Assembly (NCBI GenBank): GCA_015711825.1
Contig: JACVJD010000001.1
Coordinates: forward strand, 333-64,332
Direction: 5' to 3'
Source: Candidatus Solincola daggyaiensis
Lineage (GTDB): Bacteria; Actinomycetota; Geothermincolia; Geothermincolales; RBG-13-55-18
Length of the DNA: 64,000 nt
The position numbers and the translations under genes were made by a program. The notes under the pieces were generated by a model. It did no database searches and had not been told where the DNA came from. It saw only the letters and a program-made list of their open reading frames with translations. Positions 60,871-64,000 of this stretch are shown here, piece by piece. Every line of letters begins with the position of its first letter. The stretch's first letter is position 1.

Positions 60871-61970
60871 ACCACGCCTACCGTGCGCAGCGGGGGCCGT
60901 AGAGCGACCACGGCGTTCGCCGCTGCCTCGTCGATATCGCTCACGCATACCTCCACCGCCAGCCCCATGGAGGCGGCCATGAGGGACATCTGCGAAAGGG
61001 CGATGGGGAGGTCTATCATCCAGAAGGGCTTCTCGAGCATCTCGTAGAGGTAGGAGCGGTCCGGCTCGGCGGCCCCCACCACGGCGGCCCTCCAATCTCC
61101 GGCGGCGCCGCAGGCAAGAGCCAGTTCCCGCAAAGTCCCCTCCCGCCTGACACCGATGAAATGCCATTGCTGGGTGTTCCCGGCGCTGGGCGCGATGCGC
61201 GCGGCCTCGAAACAGGCATCCAGGGCCAGGTCAAGGGGAACGCCGGGGTCGCTTTGGCGCTTTTTCCCCATCTCTCTCAGCAATCCCGCCACGTCCTGGG
61301 TCTCGGAAGCGGAGAAAGGCTCCCTCGCCAGCTCCCGCACGCTGTAAGGGTTGTCCATGGTCTCGAGATAGGCGATGGCCTCCAGCGGCTTGCGTTTCCG
61401 GGATATCTGCAGGTAGAGCAGGTGGTCCATGTCCGCCGCCCTGACCCGCGGCTTGGGTTTGCCGAAGGGGATCACCGCCGCGACGTAGGTCTCCCTGCCG
61501 AACCCCAACGTCTCCCCCACCTCGCGCTGGTTCAGCCCTCCCACCCAGCAAGTGCCCAGGCCCGCCTCGGTCAGCCAGAGCACCACGTCCTCGGCCGCCA
61601 TAGCAACAAGGGGCAGCTCGCGCGGACGGTCGCCCTTGGCGTCGGCGCGTGGGACCGCCAGCACCAGAAACCCCGCCACGGGGGAGCGGTTCAGCCAGAG
61701 GTTGATCTTTCCCTGTGTCCCTTTATGTATCCTTTTCTTTATCCTCTCCACCCGTCCCGTGTCTGAGACCACCGTGATACCGCCCTCCGCTGCACCCCGG
61801 GTGGAGAGCGCCAGGCTCACCACCTCCCCGAGGGATGCAAAGAACGCCTGGTCGTATTCGCCCGGCAGGTACTTGCGATGGGAGCGGCGGGCGTAGAGGA
61901 CCTCCCACAGTTTCCACGGCGTTTCGGAATAGGAAAGATAGTCCCGGGTCGCGGTTTTGGTCTGCTCCAT
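60855..61970 (-). CDS. tandem nitroreductase-fold protein (SagB/ThcOx-type dehydrogenase-like)
   Basis: two nitroreductase-like halves; second carries APSAGNTQQWHFIGV; first starts ...YARRSHRKYLPGE. Confidence 0.6.
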   Translation of the reverse strand: MEQTKTATRDYLSYSETPWKLWEVLYARRSHRKYLPGEYDQAFFASLGEVVSLALSTRGAAEGGITVVSDTGRVERIKKRIHKGTQGKINLWLNRSPVAGFLVLAVPRADAKGDRPRELPLVAMAAEDVVLWLTEAGLGTCWVGGLNQREVGETLGFGRETYVAAVIPFGKPKPRVRAADMDHLLYLQISRKRKPLEAIAYLETMDNPYSVRELAREPFSASETQDVAGLLREMGKKRQSDPGVPLDLALDACFEAARIAPSAGNTQQWHFIGVRREGTLRELALACGAAGDWRAAVVGAAEPDRSYLYEMLEKPFWMIDLPIALSQMSLMAASMGLAVEVCVSDIDEAAANAVVALRPPLRTVGVVGVRS

Positions 61971-62420
61971 GGCTCACCATCCTGTCATCGCTATCTCCTC
62001 TTGCCTGATGCAGAGCATAATAGCACAGTGCCGGGCGCGCCGGCGCAAAAGCGGCTCCGGATCGCCAGCTCGCCTTGTTCCTCACCCTCCTTCTTGGGGC
62101 GGAAGCGCCACCTCTAGGCTTCATGGCGCTGCCCGGTCGCCGGAGGAGCCGAGTGAAGGCGATGCTGAATGCGAGATTAAAGGATCGGCCCACAGCCGAT
62201 AAGCGGCCTGATCCCCAGGGCACAACCCTCGACGCCCTTAATCCCGGGACTGACTCGCAGCGGCAATCTCCGGTTCTTTTCTTGCTGCAAGATTCTCCCG
62301 GTATGCCTATGGATGCTCTCCGCCAGGCACCGCTTTACCTTTTCCGACGCAACGCCGGTCAGCGATGACGCTGTCCGGTCCAGGCCCTCCGCCATCTACC
62401 CCGAGTTGCTGTCCCTCGAC

Positions 62421-64000
62421 CTATGCGGTTTGCGCCTGCTGCGGCGCGGGGCCTTCATATACCTCCATGAACCGGTCGGCTATAGGGGGAACGAGGTTGG
62501 CGTAGAAATCGGTCTTCACGCAGACCACGGCGGGCAATTCATGGTTCTTGGCCCGCTCGAAGGCGGCCACCAGCTCCTCGGGTTTCTCCACGTATTCGCC
62601 GTGGCAGCCCATGGCCTCCGCCATTTTGTCCCAGCGCACAGGGTACTGCCGGCAAGCGATGACCTTGGAGGCGTCGCCCTCGAAGAAAGCCAGTTGCTCG
62701 ATCTCCTCCATGCACCAGTGTTCCTCGGCGTGGACGATGACGGTTATCTTCGCCTTCTCCCGCGCCGCCGTTTCCATCTCCATGAAGTTGAAGCCGGCGG
62801 CTCCGTCACCGGTGATTACATAGACTTCTTTCTCCGGGTTGGCCAGCTTGGCCCCGATAGCACAAGGGATGCCCGTCCCCAGGTGTCCGAACTCGAAGAT
62901 GCCCAAGGAAGTGCGGGGGTTGATGAAGCGGGTGTAGAGGGCGTTGAAGAGGCTGGTGTTGCCGCCGTCGCCCACGTTTATGGCCTCGGGTCCGAAGACC
63001 CTGGCCGCCGTCTCCACCGAGGTGGCAGGATGGATCTTGTCGCCCTGGTAATCCCTAGGAGCCTGTTCCAGGACGGCGAACTGCTCCGCCTCGATATCCT
63101 TGTACTTCTTCAATTGATGCCCGCTGGCGGGCTTGACTCCTAACTCCTTCAACTTGTTCAGCAAGGCCCGAAGGGTGGCCCTGGCGTCGGCCACTATACC
63201 CAATGAAACCGGGCGGTTGATACCCACGTTCCGTGGGTCTATGTCCACCTGGATGAGCTTTTGCTCGTCCGGATGCCCGAAGTAGGGGTCGTAGGGCAGG
63301 TCCAGGTTCCCCAGGCGGGTTCCTACCGCCAGGATGACGTCCGCTTCCTGCCTTGCGCTCAGGGCCCCGTTCCCCAGCCCGAAGAGACAGTTGGGGTGGT
63401 CGCTGCTGAAGGCGGACCTAGCGGCCATGGTGGTGGTGGCGGGGCAGTTGAGCAGCTCCACCAGTTCTCTGAATTCATCCCAGCCCCTGGAGTTGAGCAC
63501 GCCCGTGCCCGCTATGAGCAAGGGGTTTTTGGCATCGGAGATGAGCTTTGCCGCCTTCTCCACCTGCGCATCCGGCGGCTCCATGAGAAGGGGGCGGTAC
63601 TGGTAGGGTTCGAGATAACGGAGTTCGGAGTCATCGCTCCGCTCGTAGATGAGATCGTAGGGGATGTCCACGTGTACCGGGCCCGGGCGACCAGTCAACG
63701 CCTCCCTGAAAGCCCTCTGGATGATCTCCGGAATGCGGTTCCACTGGTGGACCACCGCGTTCCACTTGCAGACGGGCTTCATGATGTCGTACTGGTTCAT
63801 GCCTTGGAAGACCCCGGAGGTGAAGGGATAGGCGATAGGCGAGCGCACCTGGGAGGAGATGGCCACCACCGGTACCCCTTCCTCGCGGGCACAGATGAGG
63901 CCGGAGACCATATTTGCCGTGCCGGGTCCGTAGCCGGCCATGACCACCGGTATCTCCCCTGTGGTTTTGAAAACCCCCTCTGCCATATGCACCGCTGCCG
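62421..64000 (-). CDS. thiamine-pyrophosphate-dependent enzyme (acetolactate synthase/benzoylformate decarboxylase superfamily), N-terminus beyond window end
   Basis: GYGPGTANMVSGL (Pyr domain) ... GIFEFGHLGTGIPCAIGAKLA...ITGDGAAGFNFMEMETA (TPP-binding GDG motif); the reading frame is open to the window edge. Confidence 0.8.
   Translation of the reverse strand, partial: AAVHMAEGVFKTTGEIPVVMAGYGPGTANMVSGLICAREEGVPVVAISSQVRSPIAYPFTSGVFQGMNQYDIMKPVCKWNAVVHQWNRIPEIIQRAFREALTGRPGPVHVDIPYDLIYERSDDSELRYLEPYQYRPLLMEPPDAQVEKAAKLISDAKNPLLIAGTGVLNSRGWDEFRELVELLNCPATTTMAARSAFSSDHPNCLFGLGNGALSARQEADVILAVGTRLGNLDLPYDPYFGHPDEQKLIQVDIDPRNVGINRPVSLGIVADARATLRALLNKLKELGVKPASGHQLKKYKDIEAEQFAVLEQAPRDYQGDKIHPATSVETAARVFGPEAINVGDGGNTSLFNALYTRFINPRTSLGIFEFGHLGTGIPCAIGAKLANPEKEVYVITGDGAAGFNFMEMETAAREKAKITVIVHAEEHWCMEEIEQLAFFEGDASKVIACRQYPVRWDKMAEAMGCHGEYVEKPEELVAAFERAKNHELPAVVCVKTDFYANLVPPIADRFMEVYEGPAPQQAQTA

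Noticed and set aside
61723-62368. ORFs 61723-62223 - and 62075-62368 + in the 450-bp gap between the nitroreductase-fold gene and the TPP enzyme
   Set aside because: No RBS, biased R/G/P composition, overlapping each other; treated as intergenic.

Overview
This window is a high-GC (roughly 65-70%) bacterial chromosomal segment, most likely actinobacterial, and is almost entirely protein-coding. It carries a run of genes in the usual actinobacterial order: groEL(5' part)-groES-tsaD-rimI-tsaB-tsaE ... alr-CBS-nnr-acpS-glmS-glmM-rpsI-rplM. A complete S10/spc/alpha ribosomal protein super-operon (tRNA-Thr, tRNA-Met, tuf, rpsJ ... rplQ, 34 genes) lies on the minus strand. Two CIRCE (HrcA) operators sit upstream of groES. 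Three parts are not housekeeping: (1) an ~11.8 kb insertion between tsaE and alr. Its core is a co-directional operon of a 1193-aa fusion protein (YfhO-like GT-C membrane glycosyltransferase + periplasmic domain + TM + GT2 polyprenyl-phosphate sugar synthase), an extended-SDR epimerase/dehydratase and a DegT-family sugar aminotransferase. This looks like a self-contained lipid-carrier amino-sugar glycosylation module. (2) A polar amino-acid ABC transporter operon bracketed by two ~160-bp direct repeats. Each repeat has terminal inverted repeats and AT-rich promoter-like cores (MITE-like), and each includes a duplicated 34 nt of the eamA 3' end. (3) An AT-rich 610-bp intergenic island with nested perfect palindromes between an SCP2 gene and an ADP-forming acyl-CoA synthetase-like gene. 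Other accessory genes are a MacB/FtsX-type ABC pair with a lipoprotein, PGI/PMI, PMM, a lone dynamin-like GTPase inserted between rplQ and truA, two nitroreductase-fold proteins (one tandem, SagB-like), an FGGY kinase, DUF1638-like and SCP2 proteins, and a partial TPP enzyme. No rRNA, CRISPR array, integrase or transposase was seen. Many long antisense ORFs in the six-frame track are GC-driven artefacts and were rejected.
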